DNA of 64,000 nt from Octopus vulgaris (GCA_951406725.2 OX597831.1:24986001-25050000), one strand, 5' to 3'. Positions 50,973 through 64,000 are shown, numbered from the stretch's first letter. The notes: generated by a model not told the origin, from the letters alone. Numbers and translations are program-made.

Positions 50973-51170
50973 ATGTGTGTGTGTGTGTGTGTGTGTGTTT
51001 GTATGTATAGGTATACGTATGTATGTATGTATAGGTATACGCATATATGTATGCATAGGTATAGATATGTATGTATGTATCTAGGTATATGTGTGCATGT
51101 ATGTATCTATATATGGGTATACATACGTATGCATACATATATATATATATATAGTTATATATGTGTGTAC

Positions 51171-51216
<46 letters not shown>

Positions 51217-52419
51217 AGAACTTCATAATTTGTTTCTGACAGTCAGAAGAGGCACATAGCAGAACTTATAAGTGTTACCTTTTATATTACAACATAGAAA
51301 ACACGCACATGCACACACACACAAACACACATACACACGCACACATGCACTATGTTGTAAATTCTTTCTGTTTCAATGCATGCTCACAAATCAAGTCACT
51401 TGCTAGACAAGTACATCTGTAAAATATATTTGTATGTGTGTGTGTGTGTGTCTATGTGTGCATATGTGCATGTTTGATAATGCCTTCTACACCACAAAGC
51501 ACAAAGAAAATAACAGAGTGATGAAGAACACTCTATTGCAGAAGCTATTTCAATAAATACCTATCTTAACAGTCGAGCTAAAAGTCTTAAAAATAATAAG
51601 AATAATATTCTACCATATTTGAACAGAAAATTCCTCCATAACATTGCAACAGACTTCAGCTGACTTGAAGATTAAATGTACTTGGCTATCATTCAAAATT
51701 GAGCATATTAACAAGCTATTGATGCTGTAAAGTTACAAATAATTGCCCTCCACTCTGCCCTGCTACCGTTTCCATTGATTTTAATTCTGACTGCCTCCTG
51801 TATTCAATATGTCTATAATCTCTACTTAATAATTCAACTCTCTGCATTGCTTAATTCCCCATTTCAAGTGCCATCTACTTCCAATCTACGATATTCTGAC
51901 ACTGTCTATTCAATACGTTTTTATCTTACCTGCCTGAAATCAGTAACTCTTAAGATATCAGATTTTTCAATTGAAATACATACTCCATCAGCTCTGCAGA
52001 CTCCAAGTACATTGCTCTTTGCAAATTGACAGAACTTGGCATAGTGGTGATTGCAACACAAGCACAAATACATGCGCATACAAACGCATACACACGAACA
52101 TATTCCGCACCACACATGCACATCACAGTATATCGTGTGTTATGGTAAATATGTTGTTTGTTAAAGATTAGTATATATACATTTATATCCACTTGGTCGT
52201 ATGTGACAGATGTGTGATGTGACTAACACAGGATGGATCAATGAATGCAAGCAAACACTATAAAGAACCATCTATGTGGTCAGAGAATCTGTCAGAAATA
52301 ACCGAGAATTCTCCCTCTATATCCAAAGCTAGAAAAGAATTTCATGAAGAAGCCATATTAGCTATGCGTGAACATGGTAATAATTTATGTGTTTTGCAAT
52401 TGGCTTACATAACATGAAA

Positions 52420-52807
52420 GGAGGCGCAATGGCCCAGTGGTTAGGGCAGCGGACTCACGGTCATAGGATCGCGGTTTTGATTCCCAGACCGGGCGTTGTG
52501 AGTGTTTATTGAGCGAAAACACCTAAGAGCTCCACGAGGCTCCGGCAGGGGATGGTGGTGATCCCTGCTGTACTCTTTCACCACAACTTTCTCTCACTCT
52601 TACTTCCTGTTTCTGTTGTACCTGTATTTCAAAGGGCCGGCCTTGTCACTCCCTATGTCACGCTGAATATCCCCGAGAACTACGTTAAGGGTACACGTGT
52701 CTGTGGAGTGCTCAGCCACTTACACGTTAATTTCATGAGTAGGCTGTTCCGTTGATTCAGATCAACCGGAACCCTCATCGTCGTAACCGACGGAGTGCTT
52801 CCATCCA
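52420..52807 (+). mobile_element. SINE family D (tRNA-Arg-like head; OR-like), young copy
   Basis: A box TGGCCCAGTGG, B-box-like GGTTTTGATTCCC; 14-bp TSD ACATAACATGAAAG at 52407-52420 and 52807-52820. Confidence 0.93.
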
Positions 52808-54073
52808 CATAACATGAAAGTTTGGATGTGTAATTAATATATGGGTCTCTCACCTATGGAATTCCATCCATTGCCTTTTTATGATGCTCTCATCTTTCAC
52901 CGACCTCTCCCTTATTCACTAATTCATGCCATCTTTGTAACAGGGGATAGTACTATATTTATTAAAATTATAACTTAGGGTATCTACGAGATACCACCAT
53001 GCTGAAAATAGCAGCAAGGGATCTGACTCTAAAACCACATTAAGTGTTCATATAGCACAAGGGGAGAAGGCAAAAAGACAAAATAAAACAAGTAAAAAAT
53101 TACTGGACAATTTCAGATCCCGGATTTCTGGCTTTGCATTTAGAAATGCTTTATCTCATCAGTGGAATATATGCAGAGAGAAACATAAATACATATATAT
53201 CATCATCATCATCATCATCGTTTAATGTCCGCTTTAATTACATATACGAACGTATACATTCATATATATGCACGTATGCAACAAGACCAGTTTAAAATGC
53301 CTGCTTCTTAATTCCATGTGATATATGGTTAAATACAATGGAGTGCCACAGTAAATATGCCTGTTTCTTAATTCCATCACCACAGTAAATACAATGATGA
53401 AATAAATTTAAATTTATATAAATAAGGAAAGATTACTTAAATTCGTCTCCACACTCACCTCTTTGCCATTCCACTTTTTTGTATACTGACTATGGTAGCT
53501 GTGAAGTTTCGGTTGCAAATATCGTTTACTTGAGCTCAATTTTTAATTAAAGATCTTATGCTGCCTATGCTCTATCAGGAAATGTTTATTCATAAGGTTT
53601 AATGTTAAATGGGCCATTTTTCATCTGTTATTGAATAATAGTTCTTGAGTTATCAAGTGCCATAAAAAATAAGCACTTTTGTCACTTTATGCAGGTCAAT
53701 ACAGTAGATTTCTATCCATTTATATCCAATTCCTTTCTCAAAAGAGCTTTAGAATTTGTTACAGATATCATTCTGCTTAGTAATTCTGACATTAGTATTA
53801 TCATGCATGCTAGGAAATCTTTATTATTTACAATAAGACTTTGGGGTCAAGCATAACAGCCAGGAAACATTTGTTAAACCATGAAAATGTACAATATTAT
53901 GGTTATGATAGACATTAAATATTCAGGATGACCATATTTCATTGCATTTACGAATGTTTTTGCTTATATATTGTCATGCTGCTTTCCTTCTCCAATTGTT
54001 TGAATAATTGGAAACATGAAATTCAGGATAATGATTCAAGAAGCCTTAGCTTCTAATAATAATTCTATATAAG

Positions 54074-54660
54074 CCAGTGCAGCATAACCAGCCTATTTAA
54101 GAGTACTCTTGACTCATTGGGCAATAAACTGTGCTTGTGAAGACCTGTTGAGGCAAGTAAAGTCTGTGTCGTAGACAATGACAGTACCGCCTGATTGGCA
54201 CCCATGCCAGTGGCACGTAAAAAGCACCATTCAAGTGTGGACAATGTCAGTGCCACCTGACTGGTTCTCATGCTGGCGGCATGTAAAAAGCACCATTCAA
54301 GCGTGATTATTAACAGTGCTGCCTGATTGGCACCCATGCCAGTGGCACGTAAAAAGCACCATTCAAGTGTGGTCAATGCCAGTACCACCTGACTGGTTCT
54401 CATGCTGGTGGCATGTAAAAAGCACCATTCAAGCATGGCTGATGCCAGTACTGCCTGACTGGCCCTTGTGCCAGTGGCACCTAAAAAGCACCCTCTACAC
54501 TCTCGGAGTGGTTGGCATTAAGAAGGGCATCCAGCTGTAGAAAAATTGCCAGATTGGATTGGAGCATGGTGCAGCCTTCCTGCTCGCCAGCCCTTAGTCA
54601 AACTATCCAACCCATGACAGCATGGAAAGCAGACGTTAAACGACGACAACAATGATGAGG
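54074..54660 (+). mobile_element. Family C element with 5 x 66-bp units in an ABAB higher-order pattern
   Basis: Minus-strand translation shows 22-aa units alternating ..HATSMRTSQV.. and ..RATGMGANQA.. Confidence 0.92.
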
Positions 54661-54700
<40 letters not shown>

Positions 54701-55534
54701 TATTTAATGGATACATGTTTTTAAATGCTACTAATAGTTTCATATGTTAAGAAATAACTAAAGTATTCATCAGGCATAAGCCGCATATTGTAAAAAAAAA
54801 ATTGAATAAGAGAAGAAACATGAAAAAACTGAGAAAGCAGAATATAGAAACACCAGGTGGACTACTTTTTTGCTGAATTTTCTGTTATATACATACATAT
54901 GTGTGTTATGGGGTTCAATTTCTGGACCGGTCTGTTTACTGTATCCTTGAGCAATGCACTTCATTTTATGTTACTCTTGCCTACTCAGTCGAAGTTGAAA
55001 GTCTGGGTGTTATGCCTGTCTAACATCAAAATATTTGCTGTTTACTGAATTATATATTGCACTAAATTATAGCATTTATATGATGCCTTAACTTAGAATA
55101 CTCACGATAAAAAAGAAGTTATTAAATTTTTATATTTGATAATTTAAATTTATAGGCTTTGTCTGGTACATCTCTTATACATATGAATATACACGTGTGT
55201 CCGCATGTGTGTTGTGCATCAGTAAAACTGGGACAACTGTCTTCTATAGGGAAGAGAGTTTCTTTATTGAACCACTTCTTAAGAATTCATGATTACCTTA
55301 TCCCAATATCTCTCATACCTCTGTGAAACTGCATATGGAGTAAGAGCAATGTATGTGTGTGTGTGTGTGTGTGTGTGTGAGTGTGAGTATATGGATAGGG
55401 GTGTTGGTTGGGGTTTACTTATCCTAGGATGAACTTAATGCTACACAATTCTTATGTGATTATATTTTAGTTAGATAAAGATTCAAGAGTGCAGGTATAT
55501 GTATTCATGCATACATGCATGCATGTGTGTGTGC

Positions 55535-55575
<41 letters not shown>

Positions 55576-55928
55576 TGTGTAATTTCGTTAGTGCTATTAT
55601 TGGTTCCCTATTATTATTAAAAAAAAATTGGGGAATCATATTCATTTGCGGAGTCATTTGTTTGGGCTGGTTACTCCAGCTGCACATCTAATTTGTTACT
55701 TATTTTAGCTGAAAACTTCTGAAGGGGAAAAAATAAATAAGTAAAATAAAAAATTAAAAAATAAATAAATGGATAAATGAATAAATGAATAAATAAAGGA
55801 ATAACATTATTTGTATTAGTATAGAGAATGCCCTCAGGGTTTTGTCTACAGTCACAAGTTATGAGACAAAAAAATATTAATCCCAATATCATGTACATAG
55901 TGATCAATGAAATTACACACACACAATA

Positions 55929-55987
<59 letters not shown>

Positions 55988-55990
55988 CTT

Positions 55991-56055
<65 letters not shown>

Positions 56056-56722
56056 GTATATGTCTATGTATCAATTAAATTCTTCAAAATTACATCAAAC
56101 TCCATAATGGCTTTACTAATGAACATTGCTACCAGGCTCCAATGCAGTAGCATTTTTGACATTGAACCGTATTTCAAATGGAATGAGAAATTCCTCTATC
56201 AAAGTTGCTCGAGGCACAGTCCTCGTGGCTAAGTTCTCTTCAGAAGTTTCAAATCTCAAGTGAAGTCAAGTAGAAGCCATTCTGCCTCTTGAAAATTGTA
56301 TTTCAATATTGAACATCTACTGAGGCAACCACAACAGCAAGAACATTGCCAACATCACCACAGCAATCTGTCACCACCACCAACACCACTATCATCGATA
56401 TTGCCACTCCTAGCTGCACTGCTGTCATTACCAACACCACTACCACCTGTCACAACCAGCCAAGCCCACTCTTACCATCTTCAACCCCATCTCAACGATC
56501 ATGATCACCAAAAAGTGAATAACTACAATTCTTGGAAGGCTTTACCTTCACATAAATTACTTTTGTTTGTTTATATTAATTTTTTTTCTTCTTCTTGTTG
56601 CCAGAAGGATACATTTTTTAGGCAAAGAATATACAAGAAATATGCTCTCACTATTATCCTGTTATTGGACTTATTTTTGGGCTATATATAGATAAATAGA
56701 CAGACAGATATATAGATATATA

Positions 56723-57117
56723 GGTGCAGGAGTGTCTGTGTGGTTAGTAGCTTGCTTACCAACCACATGGTTCTGGGTTCATTCCCACTGTGTGGCATAT
56801 TGGGCAAGTGTCTTCTACTATAGCCTCGGTCCGACCAAAGCCTTGTGAGTGGGTTAGGTAGACAGAAACTGAAAGAAACCCGGTGTATATATGTATATAT
56901 ATGTGTGCATGTGTTTCTGTGTCTGTGTTTGTCCCCCCAACATCGCTTGACAACCGATGGTGGAGTGTTTACGTCCCCGTAACTTAGCAGTTCAGCAAAA
57001 AACCCCAATAGAATAAGTACTAGGCTTACAAAGAGTAAGTCCTGAGGTTGATTTGCTCAATTGAAGGTGGTGCTCCAGCATGGCCACAGTCAAATGACTG
57101 AAACAAGTAAAAGAGTA
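56723..57117 (+). mobile_element. SINE family A, full length
   Basis: Collinear with the other family A copies. Confidence 0.92.
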
Positions 57118-57246
57118 CAGACAGACAGATAGATAGATAGTCAGTTAGTCAAATATCATAATCTAAGATTAGAAATATTTTGAAAATTATGTTTCTGCAT
57201 TTGTGTTGCAAGGTTCTTGATGTGAAATTGAGTGTTGATATAAATA

Positions 57247-57578
57247 TTGTTATATTTGGGGGATGATCATTTTCTTTTTTTTTTTTTTTTGGACAAATAA
57301 ACACACACACTATATATTCATTCTTCACTTCATCTTTATTATTGTTCATGTGCAGAAAAGGATATACCCCATAGAAAAACAGAATGAACTAAAGAGCACA
57401 GGAGGAGACACATGGAAGTGGGGGGGGCACTGAAGAGGTCAAGGATGTGTGAATAAAGATTTAAGACAAAGAACACTAAATTAAGATCATAATAAAGATA
57501 AAATGAAGAATGAGTATATTGTGTGCATGTTTATTTGGCCAAAAAAAAAAAAGGAATTACCATCTTGAAATATAACAA
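57247..57578. mobile_element. TA-flanked foldback MITE with ~95-bp degenerate TIRs
   Basis: TA|ttgttatattt ... aaatataacaa|TA; arms 57247-57342 and 57489-57578. Confidence 0.82.
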
Positions 57579-57715
57579 TATATTGAAAATATATTTTACA
57601 TAATTTAAACATTATCTGATATAGAACTCAACAGTGATTTCAGGTGTTTAATATCAAATCCAACAGATTTCCTGAGTTTCACTTAGATGGCCTAAAGAGA
57701 AACTCAGAGATTTAA

Positions 57716-57915
57716 ATAATAATGAAATTATTGTATACAGTGCTCAGGTGCACTAGAACTTGTCAAAAATGCATATAAAGCATATGCAGTAATGTACAAA
57801 TGTTTGGAAAGTGAACAGTGTATGAGTCAGATACATGCTTGCGTGTGTATGGAGGGGAGAAAATCAGGTGTAGTGTTGGAAAATCTCAGGAAGCATGGAA
57901 GAGTTGAAGGATGCA
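57716..57915 (-). mobile_element. LINE-like (CR1-like?) 3' end with (ATT)n tail
   Basis: Longer copy of 11083-11222. Confidence 0.7.
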
Positions 57916-58158
57916 TTTGATATAATAAACTCTCCCTTTCTCTCTTCCTCTCTCTCTACCTTTTTCTCTTCCTCCTCTCTTTCTCTCACACATACACAAT
58001 GGCACTGACCTGCCCATGAGTGCAGAAGTTGTTAGGTTAAGAGGTGAAATCAACTCACCACTTGGCAGTTAAATTTATGTTATCAACCTTGAAGCAATGA
58101 ATGGCATAATTCATCTCAATGGAATTTGGACTCAGAATATAAGGATTTGCAACTAATT

Positions 58159-58412
58159 TCTCTTTTACTTGTTTCAGTCATTTGACTGTGGCCATGCTGG
58201 AGCACCGCCTTTAGTCGAGCGAATCGACCCCCAGGACTTATTCTTTGTAAGCCTAGTGCTTATTCTATCGGTATCTTTTGCCGAACCGCTAAGTTACAAA
58301 GACGTAAACACACCAGAATCGGTTATCAAGAGATGTTTAGGGGACAAACACAGGACATTAACATATACACACACACACTTACATACATATATACATATAT
58401 ACGATGGGCTTC
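58159..58412 (-). mobile_element. SINE-A 3' half
   Basis: Tail through gaagcccatcgtatata. Confidence 0.9.
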
Positions 58413-59060
58413 CTAAGGATCACACAAAGGACTTTCGAAGGATCACACTAAAAATATTTAGGTACACTGCTATACAATATGGACAGAGTTCTGTTAATTG
58501 CATTCTCCTGGAATCTTCGCAAAGGTAAAATTACTTACTGCTTTATAGTGTATGCTTATATAAACTTCTGCTTAAGTATTTACTCACTCACACAATTTCT
58601 ATTAATTATTGATATCACACCTTGTGTAAACATAATGCAAGATCTTAGATGTTTATCTTGATTTGCTGGCTTTGTTTAGTGATACAGACACAAAATATCA
58701 TTATGGACTGGTAATTCTGTATTTAAGAAGTAGAACAAAGTAGAACAGGATTGCTTTTGAATAATGTCTTCATTAAGTCATCTTAGACCTTCTCATTAGC
58801 AACTTCAAAAAAGAGAAAAGTATTCTTAACGATGGCAATAATTGTGGTGCTATTATTCCTTCTATTACTCTGACATTGTTATTGTTTATCTTTTAGCTTT
58901 TACTTTTTTCAGATTTTCAGATATTGCATTACAGCCATGCTGGAGCAGTTCTTTGATGGGTACTTGACCCCAGAACTTATTTTTTAAAGTCTGGTACTTA
59001 TTCTATTGGCCCCTTTTGTCAAGTTACTAAGTTACATATATGTGTGTGTGTGGGTTTGTC

Positions 59061-59506
59061 TATCACTTGAAAAGGAAAGTGAGAGTAGAGAGGCAAGTTT
59101 AGTCTAGCGAATGTTTCAAAAAAGATGGGTGAATGTAGCAAGGATGGCACGTATGAATGACAAAGCCACCTTGAGCATAACCCTATGAACCCAGAAAAAT
59201 TTAAAACAGAGGGTTACTTACTTGCAAACAAATGTGTTAACATGTGACATTATTGACTGAGGTTACCGTGGTCTTTTCCGCAGGCTTTTCTTTCCACGGA
59301 TAAACCTTATCTGCTTCCCCTTTTACACTTTACATCATGACATTTCTGTGATACACGATCCTTATTGATCATTTTTTTTTCCTTTCCTTTTTACGATCCC
59401 TTTCGATCGAAAACCTACCCCACTTTTATTTTTCTCCCCAAAAAGAAAAGCTCTACTTTGTAATTTGTCCCGTCTGTGTTCAGCCCTGTGTGGCAAATAA
59501 AGAAAT
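59061..59506 (+). mobile_element. Tx1/L1-like LINE 3' fragment, second copy
   Basis: Collinear with 45981-46427; AATAAA at 59496. Confidence 0.72.
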
Positions 59507-60147
59507 ATAATTTTAGTTTCTTAAGTAACTGTCCATGTCCATAGCCTTCACAGGTCCTCTAACACCAATGAGATTGCTGAAGTTAGCATTCTTCATGAAT
59601 AGATTATCATAAATAGATTAGCAGTAGCAAGAAAATCATGAGCAGTGATGAGATTCCAGGGACTGAAATGATATCCTGTACATAGTGGTTAGCAGTGTTT
59701 TCTGGAGATAATGGGCAAATATCAATGACATGTGGAGCAGAAACGAAGGGGTTGAAAGATCCTGAGTGGTGATAACATGAGACCACATTACTGCAATGTG
59801 AAAAAAGCAGAAAGAGAATATAGCATGTGGTTATTTAGCCCTTACTTAATCTTCAAGCTGTAAACCTATAATCAAAGATGAATCATTTTCCTTTAGTTAC
59901 TTTTTTTCCAAGAATAGTGTGTTGTAACTGAATTATTTAATACGTTCTTTATCATTTAATATCATAAAATGCTTTGTGGGTATTTCACTGCTCTTTTTCC
60001 AGATTGAGTGATTACAAAGTGATATTTTCAGTCACTCATATGTAACATTGTTATGCAATGCATATATGTAATTAATTTTGGTATTGTTGTTTAGCATCAG
60101 TTCAGCAGATTTATGATGAAAGTTGTTTCAAGCATGGCCATTCTCTA

Positions 60148-60361
60148 TTTTACTCTCTTTTACTTGTTTCAGTCATTTGACTGTGGCCGTGCTGGAGCAC
60201 CGCCTTTAGTCAAGCAAATCGCCCCCAGGACTTATTCTTTGTAAGCCTAGTACTTATTCTATTGTCTCTTTTGCCGAACCGCTAAGTTACTGGGGATCAT
60301 AAACACACCAGCATCAGTTGTCAAGCGATGTTGGGGGGACAAATACAGACACACAAACATA

Positions 60362-60396
<35 letters not shown>

Positions 60397-60558
60397 GACG
60401 GTCTTCTTTCAGTTTCTGTCTACCAAATATACTCACAAGGCTTTGGGCGGCCCAAGGCTATAGTAGAAGACACTTGCACAAGCTGCTATGCAGTGGAACT
60501 GAACCCAGAACCATGTGATTCATAAGCAAGCTACTTACCACCCAGCCACTCCTACGTC
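60148..60558 (-). mobile_element. SINE family A, full length
   Basis: Reverse complement of the family A sequence. Confidence 0.92.
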
Positions 60559-60744
60559 TATGGCATAATGTATCAGGAACTACAGCATTCTGCAAGTCCT
60601 TTGTATGTAATTTTAAGGAAATTTCACTGCTGCTTTTAATTTCCACATAGAGACCCTACTCTTCTCACTGGCTTATAACCTGCTTAGATTGGATAGGATT
60701 GACCTTTTTCCGTACAAGGATTACAGTACGATCTCTCCACCAAT

Positions 60745-60811
60745 CTAACGGCAGACGAAATACGGCTACGCATTTCGCCCGGCATACTAATATTTCTGCC
60801 AGCTCGCCACC
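60745..60811 (-). mobile_element. SINE-B head fragment
   Basis: taacggcagacgaaatac...tttctgccagctcgccacc. Confidence 0.85.
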
Positions 60812-61174
60812 TACTTAGTCAACAAAAAGGTGTGACTTAAGTGAGGTTTAGCTACTGTATCTAGCACATATAGGCATCTTCATTAACTCATTGATTATAG
60901 GGGAAATGATGTCATTGGTAATGGAGAAACAACCGTGAAAATGGCAATTAAGAAGAGCACGATAAAGGGAAAATCATTACTTAAAATGAGGAATAGGATA
61001 TTAGTTTGATTTTGTGTTAAGGTTTTGAGAACTCAGATGCCAACACATTTAAATCATTCTTGTTAATAGATAATTCAAATCTAATTAAAATTCTAAGTGT
61101 TTGGCTAAGTATTGAGTGTCATTTATGAAAGTGGAATGAGAAGCATCAAATATTGTTTATGATGTGAGAAAGCT

Positions 61175-61290
61175 CTATCTATCTATCTATCTATCTCTAT
61201 CTATCCATCCATCCATCCATCCATCCATCCATCCACCCACCCACCCACTCACCCTCCCACCCACCCATCCATTCACACACACACACACAT
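61175..61290. repeat. Graded tetranucleotide microsatellite (TATC)n>(CATC)n>(CACC)n>(CA)n
   Basis: Visible tract. Confidence 0.9.
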
Positions 61291-61384
61291 TCTCTTTCCT
61301 AATATTCAAACATTATTGCTTATATGTTTTAAAATTGTAGTTAACAACAGAATTCCTTTGATCCTCAGAAATTACTGAAGGGGT

Positions 61385-61430
<46 letters not shown>

Positions 61431-61432
<2 letters not shown>

Positions 61433-61830
61433 CGCAGGAGTGGCTGTGTGGTAAGTAGCTTGCTAACCAACCACATGGCTCCGGGTTCAGTCCCACTGCG
61501 TGGCATCTTGGGCAAGTGTCTTCTGCTATAGCCCCGGGCCGACCAATGCCTTGCGAGTGGATTTGGTAGACGGAAACTGAAAGAAGCCTGTCGTATATAT
61601 GTATATATATATATGTGTGTGTATATGTGTGTGTGTTTGTGTGTTTGTCCCCCTAGCATTGCTTGACAACCGATGCTGGTGTGTTTACGTCCCCGTCACT
61701 TAGCGGTTCGGCAAAAGAGACCGATAGAATAAGTACTGGGCTTACAAAGAATAAGTCCCGGGGTCGATTTGCTCGACTAAAGGTGGTGCTCCAGCATGGC
61801 CGCAGTCAAATGACTGAAACAAGTAAAAGA
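61431..61830 (+). mobile_element. SINE family A, young full-length copy in (TA)n
   Basis: Intact GGCGCAGGAG start, CpGs retained. Confidence 0.94.
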
Positions 61831-61843
61831 TATAAAGAAGAAG

Positions 61844-61887
<44 letters not shown>

Positions 61888-62407
61888 ATTTGTGTATGTG
61901 TGAGTGTATAAATATATATATATATGTATATAAATATTTGCTTGTGTGAGTGCATATATATATATATATACACTTATGCCTAAACATATGTATGTGCGTG
62001 TGTATATGTATATGTGTCTACATATGTAATGAATTTATATATGTACACCCAAACACACACACACACACACATATGCATTTACACAACCAAACAAATACAC
62101 CTATGTGCACAGGTGTGTATATCTGTCTCAAGTGACAAGAAAACAGTTCAAGAAAAGTTTCATTAAAATATTTTTAAAAAACTTTTCTTTTATTCCAGAT
62201 TTGAGTTTTAACTTCTTTTACGTAGATTCTGACGTAAAATCATTTTTCTTGTCTCATTGTCTGTGCGTCATTAGCAGCATCTATTGTCCACCGTAACATC
62301 TGTCCACCTCTCTGCCTTGTCAACTTTTTTGTCTACTATTATTTTCTTGTCACTCTTTATACATACATACATAACTCCTTCCTCGCTTCTTTCTCTTTCT
62401 AACTTTA

Positions 62408-62430
62408 TCCATCTACCTAACTATCTACCC

Positions 62431-62481
<51 letters not shown>

Positions 62482-62488
62482 CATCTAC

Positions 62489-62537
<49 letters not shown>

Positions 62538-62558
62538 CATCTACCTAACTATCTACCC

Positions 62559-62599
<41 letters not shown>

Positions 62600-62645
62600 C
62601 CTACCTATATATATACACACAAACACACACAAATATATATATATA
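62408..62645. repeat. (TATC)n microsatellite
   Basis: Visible tract. Confidence 0.95.
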
Positions 62646-63005
62646 TGCTAGTGTCATCATGTTGTCAAGTATAATGACAGTTTTTATTAATTAAAAACAA
62701 TATTTATCAGTTGGAGAAACAAAGATTATTTTAATTGTAATGTTTACAGCAAATATATCATCATCATCACCACCATCATTTCAACACCTACTTTTCTATC
62801 CTTGCAGTTGGTCAGACAGAATTTGCTGATGCAAATTTCTTACAACTGGATGCTCTTCCTGTAGTTAACCCTCACCTCTTTCAAAGTAAGGGATTTACCT
62901 CATGGCCAGACATGTTTTCTCAGAAGACAGGAAATGCACGATAGCATTTGTATAATAGCAACATTCATTTACATCTAACACACATTGTGTAGATATGGTG
63001 ACAGT

Positions 63006-63390
63006 GGAGGTGCAATGGCCCAGTGGTTAGGGCAACGGACTCGCCGTCGTAGGATCGCGATTTCGATTCCCAGACCGGGCATTGTGAGTGTTTATTGAGC
63101 GAAAACACCTAAAGCTCCACGAGGCTCCGGCAGGGATGGTGGTGATCCCTGCTGTACTCTTTCACCACAACTTTCTCTCACTCTTACTTCCTGTTTCTGT
63201 TGTACCTGTATTTCAAAGGGCCGGCCTTGTCACTCTCTGTGTCATGCTGAATATGCCCGAGAACTACGTTAAGGGTACACGTGTTTGTGGAGTGCTCAGC
63301 CACTTACACGTTAATTTCACGAGCAGGCTGTTCCGTTGATTGGATCAACCGGAACCCTCATTGTCGTAACCGACGGAGTGCTTCCATCCA
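63006..63390 (+). mobile_element. SINE family D (tRNA-Arg-like head), young copy
   Basis: ggacTCGccgtc anticodon-like arm, TTTCGATTCCC B box; 13-bp TSD AGATATGGTGACA at 62991-63003 and 63390-63402. Confidence 0.93.
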
Positions 63391-63432
63391 GATATGGTGA
63401 CACATACAAATTTACCTATCTATTTTCATGTA

Positions 63433-63829
63433 TCATCATAATCAATCATCATCATCATTTTACGTCCGTTTTCCACGCTAGCATGGGTTGGACTGTTTGA
63501 CTGGGTCTGGGACGCCAGGAGGCTGCACCAGACTCCAGTCTGATCTGGCAGTGTTTCTACAGCTGGATGCTCTTCCTAACGCCAACCACACTGTGAGAGT
63601 AGTGGGTGCTTTTTACAGGCCACTGGCACAGGTGTCAGAGGAGGCTGGCAATGGCCATGATTGGTTGGTGCTTTTTACGTGCCACTGGCACGGAAGCCAG
63701 TCAAGGCAGCACTGGCATCGGCCACATTCGGATGGTGCTTTTTACATGCCACTGGCAAAGGTATCCAACTACAATTTCCATTTGATTTTTATTTGATGTT
63801 GATGTACTTGATTCAATAGGTCACCTCAC

Positions 63830-63830
<1 letters not shown>
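63433..63830 (-). mobile_element. Family C element, ~3 units
   Basis: catcatcattttacgtccgttttcca...gggtgctttttac units. Confidence 0.9.
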
Positions 63831-63831
<1 letters not shown>

Positions 63832-63909
<78 letters not shown>

Positions 63910-64000
63910 TATATATATATATAGTCTTTCAGTTTCTATATGCCACGAAGGTAGTCTTTCAGTTTCTGTATGCCAAATCCACTCAAAAAGCTGTGGTTGT
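63832..64000. repeat. (TA)n tract followed by a minus-strand SINE-A fragment with a 26-bp local duplication
   Basis: tagtctttcagtttct(a/g)tatgcca occurs twice. Confidence 0.75.

Noticed and set aside
52420-52495. tRNA gene candidates at SINE heads
   Set aside because: They have A/B boxes but no complete cloverleaf, and they continue into SINE bodies with TSDs.
54180-54495. Repeat-spacer appearance resembling a CRISPR array
   Set aside because: The intervening segments are homologous to each other, the context is eukaryotic, and there are no cas genes; it is a minisatellite inside a retroposon.
56296-56691. 131-aa Pro/His/Gln-rich ORF
   Set aside because: Derived from degenerate CAC/CAA trinucleotide low-complexity sequence, with no splice or domain support.
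60684-60748. ttagattgg...ccaatctaa hairpin, possible pre-miRNA
   Set aside because: Only 9 contiguous pairs, poor inner pairing, and no match to any miRNA I recognise.

Overview
AT-rich, non-coding animal genomic DNA, most likely Octopus (inferred from the tRNA-derived SINE families and the very high microsatellite load). It is probably intergenic or part of a very large intron. I found no intact host protein-coding gene, rRNA or CRISPR array, and nearly all ORFs in the track are artefacts of (TA)n/(CA)n/(TAA)n repeats or of SINE bodies. The window is a layered transposon landscape. SINE-like families (my labels): A, a ~400 bp tRNA-head/CORE-like SINE with about 18 copies or fragments; B, a SINE with a Deu/Nin-like core and two tail types; C, an element with a 66-bp internal minisatellite and (GAT)n tail; D, tRNA-Arg-headed (OR-like) SINEs with clean TSDs; E, a second CORE-like SINE. 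LINE remnants: R4/Dong, Tx1/L1, RTE and CR1-like. DNA elements: non-autonomous Helitrons, TTAA piggyBac-type MITEs, hAT/Charlie-type elements and a TA-flanked foldback MITE. There is also a tRNA-Ile pseudogene. The most interesting signals are minimal hammerhead-ribozyme-like motifs in Penelope-like foldback fragments (42.1-47.2 kb), a near-perfect 42-bp hairpin, a young unique-sequence inverted duplication at the window edge, recurrent (TA)n-centred foldback palindromes and several nested insertion series. Coordinates were read by eye and may be off by a few bases. Family names need Dfam/Repbase confirmation.
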